Assembly: GCA_036881865.1 (NCBI GenBank)
Contig: JBAJNM010000001.1
Coordinates: forward strand, 86,847 to 150,846
Source of the DNA: Parvularculales bacterium
GTDB lineage: Bacteria > Pseudomonadota > Alphaproteobacteria > JAPOUT01 > JBAJNM01
Direction: 5' to 3'
Length of the DNA stretch: 64,000 nt
Part shown: piece by piece, positions 8,513-17,841 of the stretch
How positions within the stretch are numbered: position 1 is the first letter of the stretch
How the letters are laid out: each line of letters opens with the position of its first letter
Made by a program: the position numbers and the translations under genes
Notes under the pieces: generated by a model
Told to the model about the DNA's origin: nothing
What the model saw: the letters and a program-made list of their open reading frames with translations, nothing else
Databases searched by the model: none

Positions 8513-9421
8513 ATGTCGGCGTGTATTATTGACGGCAAGAGCCGCGCTGAAACGTTGCAGAATGCTGTAACGCGTGCGGTGTCAATCATGCGCGAGGCGC
8601 ATAATGTTATTCCGGGTCTTGCGGCGGTATTGGTGGGGGATGATCCGGCTAGTCAGGTTTATGTGCGCAACAAAATACGACGTACGCAGCAAGCCGGCAT
8701 GATGTCCTTTGAAAAGCGGTTCCCTGCTAATACATCGGAGGCCATCATTATCCAAACCGTGCGTGAACTCAACAATGATTCTGCGGTTCACGGCATTTTA
8801 ACTCAGCTCCCTTTACCTGCGTCTATATCTTGGCGGCGGGTGATAGAAACCATAGCACCTGAAAAAGACGTGGATGGTCTTCATCCTTTTAATGCCGGAT
8901 TTTTAGCGGGCGGACAGGCAGCCATGATACCGTGTACCCCTTTGGGGTGTCGTATTCTTCTGCGGGATTATCTGGGAGATATGAGCGGTGCTCATGCCCT
9001 TATTATAGGCCGCTCTGTTCTTGTAGGGCGACCTTTGGCGACGTTGCTTGTGGAGGATAATTGCACCGTTACGCTCTCTCACTCCCGCACCCGTAACTTA
9101 TCGGCGTTAGCGCAGACGGCGGATATTCTTATAGCTGCTACCGGACAAGCAGAGATGGTACGTGGTGATTGGATTAAACCCGGCTCAACAATCATTGATG
9201 TAGGCATCAATAGGGTACCTGTGCCTGATGGTGAGAAGGGACGTCTTGTGGGAGACGTTGCCTTTGATGAAGCCGTCCATATCGCCGGTGCTATAACGCC
9301 GGTGCCGGGAGGCGTCGGTCCCATGACGATTGCATGTTTGTTGCGTAATACCCTTGCCGCAACTTGTAAGCAACATGATATTACTTTACCTGACACAATA
9401 GCCTCGGAGGTTTTTTTATAA
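8513..9421 (+). CDS. folD: Bifunctional methylenetetrahydrofolate dehydrogenase/cyclohydrolase
   Basis: 302 aa with FolD-like sequence (YVRNK, GRS..VG.P, PVPGGVGPMT). Confidence 0.9.
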   Translation: MSACIIDGKSRAETLQNAVTRAVSIMREAHNVIPGLAAVLVGDDPASQVYVRNKIRRTQQAGMMSFEKRFPANTSEAIIIQTVRELNNDSAVHGILTQLPLPASISWRRVIETIAPEKDVDGLHPFNAGFLAGGQAAMIPCTPLGCRILLRDYLGDMSGAHALIIGRSVLVGRPLATLLVEDNCTVTLSHSRTRNLSALAQTADILIAATGQAEMVRGDWIKPGSTIIDVGINRVPVPDGEKGRLVGDVAFDEAVHIAGAITPVPGGVGPMTIACLLRNTLAATCKQHDITLPDTIASEVFL

Positions 9422-10410
9422 TGCAGCAGCGTCAGTTTGGAAATCTTTGGCCTGTCAGTGCTCTGACATTGGGCGGTGGCGGTATTGCACAAGCATGGGG
9501 TGAGACTACCCGCGAAGAAGCTATTGCCACAACACGCCTTGCAGTGGAGCGCGGCATTACTCTGCTTGATGTAGCCCCTATGTACGGACGAGGGGAAGCG
9601 GAACGGATTGTTGGAGAGACGTTTGGGGGGCATTTGCCGAAAGGGGTGCGGATTTCCACAAAATGTTTTGTAGGTATGATAGAGCCGGACGAAGCGCGGA
9701 CACGTCTGGAGACCTCTTTGGCGCGATCTATAAAAACTATGGGTGTGGAGCAGGTAGATTTATTTTTTCTTCATTCCAACATTTGTCCTGATGGATATGT
9801 TTATGCCCGCTCTCCTGAACTTAAGCATCGTATGGCGGTTGACTGGAGTCTTTATACGGACACTATTGTGCCCACAATGGAACGTTTGGTCGAGAAGGGC
9901 ATGGCAGGAGCATGGGGCATTACGGGTGTGGGGCAGCCTGACTCTATTCAACAGGCCCTAACCTATGAGCGTGCGCCAAGTGCTGTTCAGGCCATTGCTA
10001 ATTTGATGGATAGCCCAGGGGATATGCGGCGCTACGCAGAGCCACCTGTTCCCCGCGACATTATAGCGCTGGCCGGTAAGCGAGATATCGGAGTCATGGG
10101 CATACGTATTGTGCAGGCAGGTGCGCTGACGGCTTCCTTTGACCGCGACATTCCGTCTGAATCTCTGGATTGGGCGGATTATGAGCGGGCGGCTTCTTTT
10201 AGAGCCTTATCGGAGGAGGTTGGTGAAGATCCGGCGCGTCTGGCTACCCGGTATGCTCTTTCCATGGATGGCGTAGATACGGTGGTTTTAGGTGTTAAAA
10301 ACCGGCAAGAGTTGGAAGATGCCCTCGCTGTTGAGGCTCAAGGGCCGCTGGATGCGTCTCTTATAGCACGGATAGATGCGCTGGGCCTGAACACTCCTGT
10401 GGCGGTTTAA
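9421..10410 (+). CDS. Aldo/keto reductase family oxidoreductase
   Basis: 329 aa. The N-terminus has GxxxxxLxLGxxxxG, and D..MYG..E is present. Its start overlaps the folD stop. Confidence 0.75.
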   Translation: MQQRQFGNLWPVSALTLGGGGIAQAWGETTREEAIATTRLAVERGITLLDVAPMYGRGEAERIVGETFGGHLPKGVRISTKCFVGMIEPDEARTRLETSLARSIKTMGVEQVDLFFLHSNICPDGYVYARSPELKHRMAVDWSLYTDTIVPTMERLVEKGMAGAWGITGVGQPDSIQQALTYERAPSAVQAIANLMDSPGDMRRYAEPPVPRDIIALAGKRDIGVMGIRIVQAGALTASFDRDIPSESLDWADYERAASFRALSEEVGEDPARLATRYALSMDGVDTVVLGVKNRQELEDALAVEAQGPLDASLIARIDALGLNTPVAV

Positions 10411-10571
10411 GGCAGATTGCTGACCGCCTGATCCGAACCCTGTAACGGCTCATAATCTATCCAATGCGCTCCTGCAACCAAGTGGGTGCGGAGATGCTGT
10501 TTCTCTAAACTCCCAAAGATCTGGATAACCCATTACCATTCCCCAACGTCAAAGCCTTGCAGAAACAATAC

Positions 10572-11795
10572 TTAAGGTGTCTTTCTCCGGCGAGCGGCAA
10601 GCAAGCGTAGCCGAAGAGCATTGAGTTTGATAAACCCTTCTGCATCTTTCTGGTCATAAACACTATCTTCCTCAAAGGTGGCATAATCTTCAGCATAAAG
10701 CGAGTTTGGCGATGTCCGCCCAACAACAGAAACTGACCCTTTGTAGAGTTTAACCCGAACACGTCCCGTTACCATTTCAGAGGCATAATCTATGGCTGCT
10801 TGCAACATCTCACGCTCCGGTGCAAACCAGAGACCATTATAAATCAGCTCCGCATAGCGCGGCATGAGTTCGTCTTTCAAATGCATAGCACCACCGTCTA
10901 ACGTGAGGGATTCCACCCCACGATGAGCCGCCAGCAGCACCGTTCCCCCCGGCGTTTCATAAATACCCCGCGATTTCATGCCTACAAAACGGTTCTCTAC
11001 AATATCCAACCGTCCAATACCATGCCTCCCCCCCAACTCGTTAAGGCACGTCAATAGAGCTGCCGGTCCAAGGGTGACACCATCTACCGCCACCGGGTCT
11101 CCTCTCTCAAAGTCAATTTCAATTATTGCGGGCTTATCGGGGGCGTCTTCCGGTGATACCGTGCGCTGATAAACATACGCCGGACATTCCTCTGCCGGAT
11201 TTTCCAATGCCTTACCTTCACTTGACGTATGCAGTATATTGGCATCTGTGGAAAACGGCGCTTCGCCACGTTTATCTTTTGCAATAGGAATCTGATGCTG
11301 CTCGGCAAAGGCAATAAGCCGCGCACGGGAGGTCAAAGACCACTCCCGCCATGGCGAAATAATGCGAATATCCGGATTGCAAGCATAATAGCCCAACTCA
11401 AACCGCACTTGGTCGTTCCCCTTGCCGGTAGCGCCATGGCATACGGCATCTGCGCCGGTTTCAACTGCAATCTCTATCTGACGCTGCGCAATAAGAGGCC
11501 TGGCAATAGCTGTTCCCAACAAATACGACCCCTCATAAAGAGCATTGGCCCGAAACATGGGAAACACATAATCGCGCACAAAGATATCTTGTAAATCCTC
11601 CACAAAAATATCTTTGGCCCCTAAGGCTTTGGCTTTCTCGCGGGCAGGCCTGAGCTCTTCTCCTTGCCCCAAATCAGCCGTGAATGCTACTACCTCGCAC
11701 CTATACGTCTCATGGAGCCACTTCAAAATGACCGACGTATCTAACCCTCCGGAATAGGCCAGAACGACTTTTTTTATCGGCTCGTTTTTACTCAT
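10572..11795 (-). CDS. argG: Argininosuccinate synthase
   Basis: 407 aa. The N-terminal PP-loop is AYSGGLDTS, and the rest reads as canonical ArgG. Confidence 0.95.
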   Translation of the reverse strand: MSKNEPIKKVVLAYSGGLDTSVILKWLHETYRCEVVAFTADLGQGEELRPAREKAKALGAKDIFVEDLQDIFVRDYVFPMFRANALYEGSYLLGTAIARPLIAQRQIEIAVETGADAVCHGATGKGNDQVRFELGYYACNPDIRIISPWREWSLTSRARLIAFAEQHQIPIAKDKRGEAPFSTDANILHTSSEGKALENPAEECPAYVYQRTVSPEDAPDKPAIIEIDFERGDPVAVDGVTLGPAALLTCLNELGGRHGIGRLDIVENRFVGMKSRGIYETPGGTVLLAAHRGVESLTLDGGAMHLKDELMPRYAELIYNGLWFAPEREMLQAAIDYASEMVTGRVRVKLYKGSVSVVGRTSPNSLYAEDYATFEEDSVYDQKDAEGFIKLNALRLRLLAARRRKTP

Positions 11796-11811
11796 CGCTT
11801 ATACTCTTTTA

Positions 11812-11831
11812 TTGGTAATTATATACTTTAG
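11812..11831 (-). repeat. 20-bp repeat CACTAAAGTATATAATTACC (minus orientation), 17 bp upstream of argG; contains a TATAAT-like -10
   Basis: A perfect inverted copy lies at 13546-13565. Confidence 0.7.
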
Positions 11832-11845
11832 TGAATCCATTCTGT

Positions 11846-12199
11846 TCACTTCTTACCCGCCATCGTCCGTATAACCCCCGCCACATGTTTTAAGGCCGTC
11901 GGAGTTAGTTTCGGAAGCAACAGGGCGACCCGCCACTGTTGGGGCGTCAGAGGGTTCTTCACCGTTCCGATGGCAGGCTCTAGAATGTCTCCGACCGGTA
12001 CGCCGTAAATTCCGGCAATCTTTATAAGCCGGTCCAGAGGGATGGTTCCCTTGCCATGCTCGTAATTATGGAGTTGCGAGGTTCCTATACCCAGTTTTCC
12101 CACCACCTGACTCAATGTCAGGTCAAGAGCCTCCCGGTGCTCCTGGAGCAGGTGGCCGATCTCCTTGTCAATGGCTTTTTGGTTTTTCGTCTTTTTCAT
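11846..12199 (-). CDS. XRE-family helix-turn-helix transcriptional regulator
   Basis: 117 aa. The HTH segment is LSQVVGKLGIGTSQLHNYEHGKGTIPLDRLIKIAGIYGVPVGDIL. Confidence 0.7.
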   Translation of the reverse strand: MKKTKNQKAIDKEIGHLLQEHREALDLTLSQVVGKLGIGTSQLHNYEHGKGTIPLDRLIKIAGIYGVPVGDILEPAIGTVKNPLTPQQWRVALLLPKLTPTALKHVAGVIRTMAGKK

Positions 12200-12299
12200 C
12201 GTCGTCCAGTTTCTCCACGGGGGGAACCAGTATCACCTCGCGGGCGAATTTCGCCATGTCGTCCAGCGTCGGCAGATCGTCTTTGTCATCGTCTCTCAT
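12168..12299 (-). CDS. Possible 43-aa highly acidic small ORF overlapping the start of the XRE gene
   Basis: Minus-strand ATG at 12299 gives MRDDDKDDLPTLDDMAKFAREVILVPPVEKLDDDEKDEKPKSH. This is not in the ORF track because it is under 60 aa. Confidence 0.2.
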   Translation of the reverse strand: MRDDDKDDLPTLDDMAKFAREVILVPPVEKLDDDEKDEKPKSH

Positions 12300-12368
12300 C
12301 TGATGTTCCCTTCTTGCTCTGTTACTTTTGAGCAAACTATTACATTATTAGAAACCTCAATCTATGTC

Positions 12369-12809
12369 TCAATGATACTGGGATTCTTGAAGCAACCAGT
12401 AGACTTCGGTGTCTTTAAGATCTTCATTGTCCTGTGCCCGCTCAAAAGGTGTTTTTCCTTTTTTGTCCTTCGCTTGCGGATCGGCACCATTTTTCAGCAA
12501 AGATTCCAATACCTCTGGGTGTTTGCTCCCTGTTTCCGCTACATGAAGAGGCGTTAAACCACCCTCAGAACGGGCCTCTATATCTGCACCATGTTCCAGT
12601 AGCAGTTTTACCACCGCTGGTGTTTCGCTGTAGCCTGTCGCAAAATGCAAAGGCGTAGCACCACCCTCAAGAGCAGCCTCTACATCGACCACGGTGGCTG
12701 TCTTCCAAAATGTGTCACTTAGTAACACATTATCCTCTTGTGCATGAAGTGTAACTGGTGCGTAGACCAGTAAAAACTGTACGCAAAGGAAAGCGGTTAT
12801 TGGTTTCAT
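12369..12809 (-). CDS. Secreted ankyrin-repeat protein (paralog A)
   Basis: Signal peptide, the family N-motif NVLLSDTFWKTATVVDVEAAL, TPLH ankyrin repeats, and a C-terminal ..LLQESQYH. Confidence 0.8.
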   Translation of the reverse strand: MKPITAFLCVQFLLVYAPVTLHAQEDNVLLSDTFWKTATVVDVEAALEGGATPLHFATGYSETPAVVKLLLEHGADIEARSEGGLTPLHVAETGSKHPEVLESLLKNGADPQAKDKKGKTPFERAQDNEDLKDTEVYWLLQESQYH

Positions 12810-12860
12810 GTTATTCCCGAACGCCAGTTATTTTATCATTTTCACAATAGCTCAAAAATA

Positions 12861-13358
12861 CTAATATCCTACAACTCCAAGAATTACATCAAAGTCCAAC
12901 AACTGTTTATAACGTTGCAATTCCTTGACTACATCTTTCTGAGTTACAAGGCTAAATCCAGCAACTTTGCCTAATGTTTCATTTGAAATTGCAAAAGCCG
13001 CCGGTATACCAACAGATTTCGCTAATTCTCTGAATTCCTTTTTACATCTTTTAGTTAGAGTGCTTGTCTGCAAATCCGAAACATCTTTACCTAGGGCCCC
13101 CATGAGGGTTTTATCAACAGGGGTTATCACCCCTTTAATTTCTGGGTGTTGTGCAAAAGCCAGAACAAACCATTTCATCAACGAGTTTTTTTCTTGCTCG
13201 TTAATAGAATGAAATATGCAGGAAGATAGCTTTTCGGTAGGTGTTTGTGAATATGCAGGAGAGTTTGATAGCAACAACGTGCTTAATAGAAATAATGAGA
13301 TAAAAACGGCTTCTATCGTTGTTTTGTTTTTAATCATGAATATTTTTCCTCTTCTCAT
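12861..13358 (-). CDS. Hypothetical secreted protein (signal peptide), AT-rich gene
   Basis: 165 aa with an N-terminal hydrophobic leader (AVFISLFLLSTLLLS) and no recognisable domain. Its composition is foreign-looking. Confidence 0.45.
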   Translation of the reverse strand: MRRGKIFMIKNKTTIEAVFISLFLLSTLLLSNSPAYSQTPTEKLSSCIFHSINEQEKNSLMKWFVLAFAQHPEIKGVITPVDKTLMGALGKDVSDLQTSTLTKRCKKEFRELAKSVGIPAAFAISNETLGKVAGFSLVTQKDVVKELQRYKQLLDFDVILGVVGY

Positions 13359-13545
13359 TGTGGGACGTTTATGCTGATTGTTCGCCAGAGGCGATTAAAT
13401 TTCCTTCAAAGTAGCAACTCTCCCACGGAAGTTTACTCATGTAAGATGCTCCTTAGAGAAATAACATGATTGAAGCATACTGCGATTACCAATACTCAAA
13501 ACCGGTAAAAACGGGGTGAAGCAAGGTTTATTACGGTTTGGTCAC

Positions 13546-13565
13546 TAAAGTATATAATTACCCTT
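13546..13565 (+). repeat. 20-bp repeat CACTAAAGTATATAATTACC (plus orientation), ~130 bp upstream of the CitE-like gene
   Basis: A perfect inverted copy of 11812-11831. Confidence 0.7.
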
Positions 13566-13697
13566 TTATTACTCTGTGTACTTTTGCCACTATAGGTAAA
13601 AGCCCACTTAGCGCAAGGTGGGGAACAACCCCGCTCTTGCGGCTTGCCTACGGACTTTATAAGGTGCAAGGAAACGGCATATTAGCAAGGAGATTTT

Positions 13698-14588
13698 ATG
13701 TCAGATCACCGTCCACGCCGGAGTGTGCTTTATATGCCAGGGGCCAACGAAAGAGCGCTAGACAAGGCAAGAAGCTTGCCGGCGGATGCGCTCATTCTTG
13801 ATTTAGAGGATGCCGTAGCCCCTGATGCTAAGGAAGCTGCCAGAAATCAGGTAGCCGCAACTGTCCGTCAGGGGGGCTATGGAGCACGGGAGGTGGTCAT
13901 TCGCATTAACGGATCTGATACTCCGTGGGGAGCGGCGGATATGGAGATGGCTGTCTCTGTAAGGCCCGATGCTATTTTAGTGCCAAAAATTAACACCCCC
14001 GAAAATATCAGACGTACAAGCGATGCCATGACGCAAGTCGGTGCAGAGACCGACTTGCCACTTTGGGTTATGATGGAAACCCCCCGCGCCATGCTAAACG
14101 CCGCGGCCATTGCCCATGAAGCCGAAAGCAAAAATGCGCGACTTTCCGTGTTCGTTATGGGAACCAATGATTTGGTAAAAGAAATAGGGGCCACCCATAC
14201 GCCGGAGCGCACATCGGTTTTAGGGGCTTTGTCTCATTGCCTGCTGGCAGCACGAACTTCTGGTCTTTGCATTTTGGATGGTGTCTACAATGATATTAAG
14301 GATGAAGCAGGATTTGAGGCAGTTTGTCAGCAAGGAGCTGATATGGGGTTTGATGGCAAGACATTAATTCACCCAAGCCAGATCGTCACATGCAACCGCA
14401 TTTTTTCACCCGATGAACAAGAAGTTTCCGAAGCGCGCGCTATACTGGCAGCTTTTGATAAACCGGAAAACGCAGGCAAGGGTGTGCTGAGTGTTGACGG
14501 ACGTATGGTAGAATTGCTCCACGCTGACATGGCACGACGCATTGTTGCTATTGCCGATACCATCGCTGCTCTTGAAGGAGAGAGCTAA
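13698..14588 (+). CDS. HpcH/HpaI-CitE family protein (malyl-CoA lyase / malyl-CoA thioesterase-like)
   Basis: 296 aa citrate-lyase beta-like protein (LEDAV, MMETP, GTNDL motifs). It is adjacent to a mesaconyl-CoA hydratase-like gene, as in mcl2-mch arrangements. Confidence 0.7.
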   Translation: MSDHRPRRSVLYMPGANERALDKARSLPADALILDLEDAVAPDAKEAARNQVAATVRQGGYGAREVVIRINGSDTPWGAADMEMAVSVRPDAILVPKINTPENIRRTSDAMTQVGAETDLPLWVMMETPRAMLNAAAIAHEAESKNARLSVFVMGTNDLVKEIGATHTPERTSVLGALSHCLLAARTSGLCILDGVYNDIKDEAGFEAVCQQGADMGFDGKTLIHPSQIVTCNRIFSPDEQEVSEARAILAAFDKPENAGKGVLSVDGRMVELLHADMARRIVAIADTIAALEGES

Positions 14589-14591
14589 CTC

Positions 14592-15650
14592 ATGACTGTA
14601 GAAAGCACTGTAGAGAACAAGGGCAATTTTTTTGAAGATTTTTCTGTGGGTCAGGAAATTATTCATGCCACGCCGCGCACCCTAACCACGGGAGATGCTG
14701 CTCTTTATATGGCGCTTTTTGGATCACGTTTTGCGCTACAGTCATCAGATTTTTTTGCACAATCCCTTGGCTTTTCCGTCTCCCCTTTAGATGATTTGTT
14801 AATCTTTCATGTGGTGTTTGGCAAAAGCGTGCCGGATGTTTCTCTTAATGCTGTAGCCAATCTGGGTTATGCGGGGGGGCGTTTTTTAACGCCTGTTTTT
14901 CCCGGTAATACGCTTACCGCCCGTTCTACGGTTATTGGCTTGAGGGAAAACACAAATGGCAAGACGGGCATCGTTTATGTGAATACCACAGGAACAAATC
15001 AGCACGGCGAAGTTGTGTTGGATTATGCACGCTGGGTGATGGTAGCCAAGCGCAATCCTGACACCCCTGCTCCTGAGCCGGTCATCCCCACCCTGCCGGC
15101 TGCGGTGGCGGCCTCAGACTTACGTGCGCCGGAAGGCATTGATTACAAGCGCCTTGACGCCAGCGCCTCCGGGAGCACACAATTGTGGGATGACTTTGAG
15201 GCAGGCATGAAGTTTGACCATCGGGATGGCGTTACGGTGGAAGAGGCAGAGCATATGTTGGCGACCCGGCTTTATCAAAATACGGCCCGGGTTCATTTTG
15301 ATGGGTTTACTCAGAAGGATAGCCGGTTTGGTCGCCGTTTGATTTATGGTGGCCATGTGATTTCTTTGGCACGGGCTTTGAGTTTTAATGGTCTATCTAA
15401 CGGGTTTCACATCGCTGCTATTAACGCAGGGCGTCATGTAGCACCCTTGTTTGCAGGCGATACGGTATTTGCCTGGAGCGAAATAGTTGATAAGGCGCCT
15501 CTTGAATGCCGCGCTGATATTGGGGCTTTGCGAGTGTGCACCAGAGCTACAAAAAACCGGCTTTGTGCTAACTATCCGGGTGCACGGGACGACGACACGG
15601 ATGGTCTCATTCTGGATTTTGACTATTGGCTCCTGATGCCGCGGCGCTGA
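14592..15650 (+). CDS. MaoC-like double hot-dog dehydratase (mesaconyl-CoA hydratase-like)
   Basis: 352 aa. Its size and N-terminus (FEDFSVGQ..H.TPRT.T.GDAALY) fit the Mch family. Confidence 0.65.
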   Translation: MTVESTVENKGNFFEDFSVGQEIIHATPRTLTTGDAALYMALFGSRFALQSSDFFAQSLGFSVSPLDDLLIFHVVFGKSVPDVSLNAVANLGYAGGRFLTPVFPGNTLTARSTVIGLRENTNGKTGIVYVNTTGTNQHGEVVLDYARWVMVAKRNPDTPAPEPVIPTLPAAVAASDLRAPEGIDYKRLDASASGSTQLWDDFEAGMKFDHRDGVTVEEAEHMLATRLYQNTARVHFDGFTQKDSRFGRRLIYGGHVISLARALSFNGLSNGFHIAAINAGRHVAPLFAGDTVFAWSEIVDKAPLECRADIGALRVCTRATKNRLCANYPGARDDDTDGLILDFDYWLLMPRR

Positions 15651-15720
15651 CGGCTGTCTTGCACGCCACATAGGGCTGGCGTGGGCTGGGCATTCTGCCT
15701 ATTATGCGGAGAGGTTTTTC

Positions 15721-16035
15721 ATGTATATCATCAGACGCATAATCTTTACTATATTATGGTTTATGGCGGCGGCGTCTGCCTCCTACGACATTATTCTCAG
15801 TTTGCGGGAACAAGCCCCCGTAACAACCCCTCTGGGTAGAGTGTGGTATTCACTTCATCCCGACAGCCTCAATCTGATGCAAGCCGTCGTACAACGTTAC
15901 ATCTGGCCGGATCTCTGGGACAATGGTGCCGTGTGGCTTCTGCAATGGCCCTTGTGGGGGGTGGTACTTGGCATCGTTTTTGTTTCGTGGATTGTACGTC
16001 TTGCCTTCTCTGCAACTACTCGTCGTCCATCCTGA
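15721..16035 (+). CDS. Hypothetical small membrane protein
   Basis: 104 aa with two hydrophobic segments. It overlaps the lepA 3' end by 20 bp, so weak. Confidence 0.25.
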   Translation: MYIIRRIIFTILWFMAAASASYDIILSLREQAPVTTPLGRVWYSLHPDSLNLMQAVVQRYIWPDLWDNGAVWLLQWPLWGVVLGIVFVSWIVRLAFSATTRRPS

Positions 16036-17818
16036 GGGCGGCAATAAAGGCCTCTTGGGGAATATCCACGCTTCCAAAACGGCGCATTTTCTTCTTGCCC
16101 GCTTTTTGCTTGTCCAAAAGTTTGCGCTTGCGGGTAGCGTCGCCACCATAACATTTGGCGGTTACATTCTTACGTAGCGCCGGCAGAGTCTCTCTGGCAA
16201 TAATACGCCCCCCAATCGCTGCCTGTATCGGCACCTTAAACATGTGACGTGGAATAAGCGTTTTTAGTTTTTCGCACATGGCCCGTCCCCTAACCTCTGC
16301 CTGACCGCGATGTACAATGAGGCTTAAAGCATCTATAGGGTCTTCGTTCACCAAAATGCCCATCCGCACTAAATCTCCCGTCTCATAACCCTCTATCTGA
16401 TAGTCAAAACTGGCATAACCCCGAGTGACAGATTTAAGCCTGTCATAAAAATCAAACACCACCTCATTGAGTGGTAAATCATAAACAACCATGGCGCGGG
16501 TTCCGGCCCATGTGAGATTAACCTGTCGTCCGCGGCGCTCCTCACACAATTTAAGAACTGAGCCCAGCGTATCCTCCGGCGATAATACTGTTGCCCGTAT
16601 CCATGGCTCTTCAATATGGTCAATGCGCGTTACATCGGGCATATCGGCAGGGCTGTGGAGTTCCATTTCTGTGCCATTGGTAAGAAATACCCGATAGACA
16701 ACACTGGGCGCTGTGGTGACAAGGTCAATGTTGAACTCCCGTTCAATGCGCTCTTGAATAATTTCCATATGCAACAACCCTAAAAAACCACATCGAAACC
16801 CAAACCCCAGCGCCGCACTGCTTTCCATTTCAAAGGAAAAACTTGCATCATTCAAACGCAAGCGGGCAATGGCCTCGCGCAGATTTTCAAACTCTGCCGA
16901 GTCGACAGGAAACATGCCACAAAACACAACAGGCTGTGCCGGTTTGAACCCTGCTAACGATTGCGCTGCCGGTCTGACATCATCGGTCAGCGTATCCCCC
17001 ACCCGTGCGGCGGCTACCTCCTTTATACCTGCCGTGAAAAAACCAATCTCTCCCGGCTCCAGCTGGTCTACATAGTCTTTTCCCGGTCTAAACACACCAA
17101 CTTTATCTATACTATAAGTATGGCCCGTAGACATCATGCGCACCCGTTGTCCGGGCCGCAAAATACCGTTCATCAGCCGCACTAACACCACGACTCCTAG
17201 AAAAGAATCATACCAACTATCTACCAACAAAGCCGCCAGAGGTTCATCGGTTAAACCCACCGGCGGGGGCAATCGCGTGGCAATCGCTGACAACACGTCT
17301 GTAATGCCTGTACCGGTCTTGGCGGAAACTTCAATGGCTTCTGAGGCATCCAGTCCTATGACGTCTTCAATTTGGGTGCGAACACGAGGAGCGTCGGCGG
17401 CAGGCAAATCGATTTTGTTCAACACCGGAATAATTTCATGGTCTGCATCAAGAGCCTGCCAAACATTGGCTAATGTCTGAGCCTCTACACCCTGACTGGC
17501 ATCAACTACCAACAGCGACCCCTCACAGGCGGCAAGAGAACGGTTGACTTCATAAGCAAAATCAACATGGCCCGGTGTATCAATGAGATTAAACTGAAAC
17601 ATTTCACCATCAGGTTCGCGCCAATCAAGACGCACCGTTTGAGCCTTGATGGTGATACCCCGTTCACGCTCCAGAACCATGCTGTCCAGAACCTGATCTG
17701 TCATTTCCCGGTCACTCAAGCCGCCGCATAATTGTATCAGCCTGTCTGCCAGCGTTGATTTGCCGTGGTCAATGTGGGCAATGATAGAAAAATTGCGGAT
17801 ACGGTTAATATCGGTCAT
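16016..17818 (-). CDS. lepA: Elongation factor 4
   Basis: 600 aa. GTP-binding AHIDHGKST, and a LepA-specific C-terminus. Confidence 0.95.
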   Translation of the reverse strand: MTDINRIRNFSIIAHIDHGKSTLADRLIQLCGGLSDREMTDQVLDSMVLERERGITIKAQTVRLDWREPDGEMFQFNLIDTPGHVDFAYEVNRSLAACEGSLLVVDASQGVEAQTLANVWQALDADHEIIPVLNKIDLPAADAPRVRTQIEDVIGLDASEAIEVSAKTGTGITDVLSAIATRLPPPVGLTDEPLAALLVDSWYDSFLGVVVLVRLMNGILRPGQRVRMMSTGHTYSIDKVGVFRPGKDYVDQLEPGEIGFFTAGIKEVAAARVGDTLTDDVRPAAQSLAGFKPAQPVVFCGMFPVDSAEFENLREAIARLRLNDASFSFEMESSAALGFGFRCGFLGLLHMEIIQERIEREFNIDLVTTAPSVVYRVFLTNGTEMELHSPADMPDVTRIDHIEEPWIRATVLSPEDTLGSVLKLCEERRGRQVNLTWAGTRAMVVYDLPLNEVVFDFYDRLKSVTRGYASFDYQIEGYETGDLVRMGILVNEDPIDALSLIVHRGQAEVRGRAMCEKLKTLIPRHMFKVPIQAAIGGRIIARETLPALRKNVTAKCYGGDATRKRKLLDKQKAGKKKMRRFGSVDIPQEAFIAALRMDDE

Positions 17819-17841
17819 AAAGCCACCGCATTGTCATGACC

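Noticed and set aside
9079-9633. 184-aa minus-strand ORF
   Set aside because: It lies entirely antisense to folD and the aldo/keto reductase gene. It has low-complexity composition and no motifs, so it is a typical shadow ORF.
15662-15683. Hairpin CACGCCA-N8-TGGCGTG after the MaoC gene as an intrinsic terminator
   Set aside because: The stem is only 7 bp and is not followed by a T-tract (GCTGGGCATTC), so it is not a convincing rho-independent terminator.
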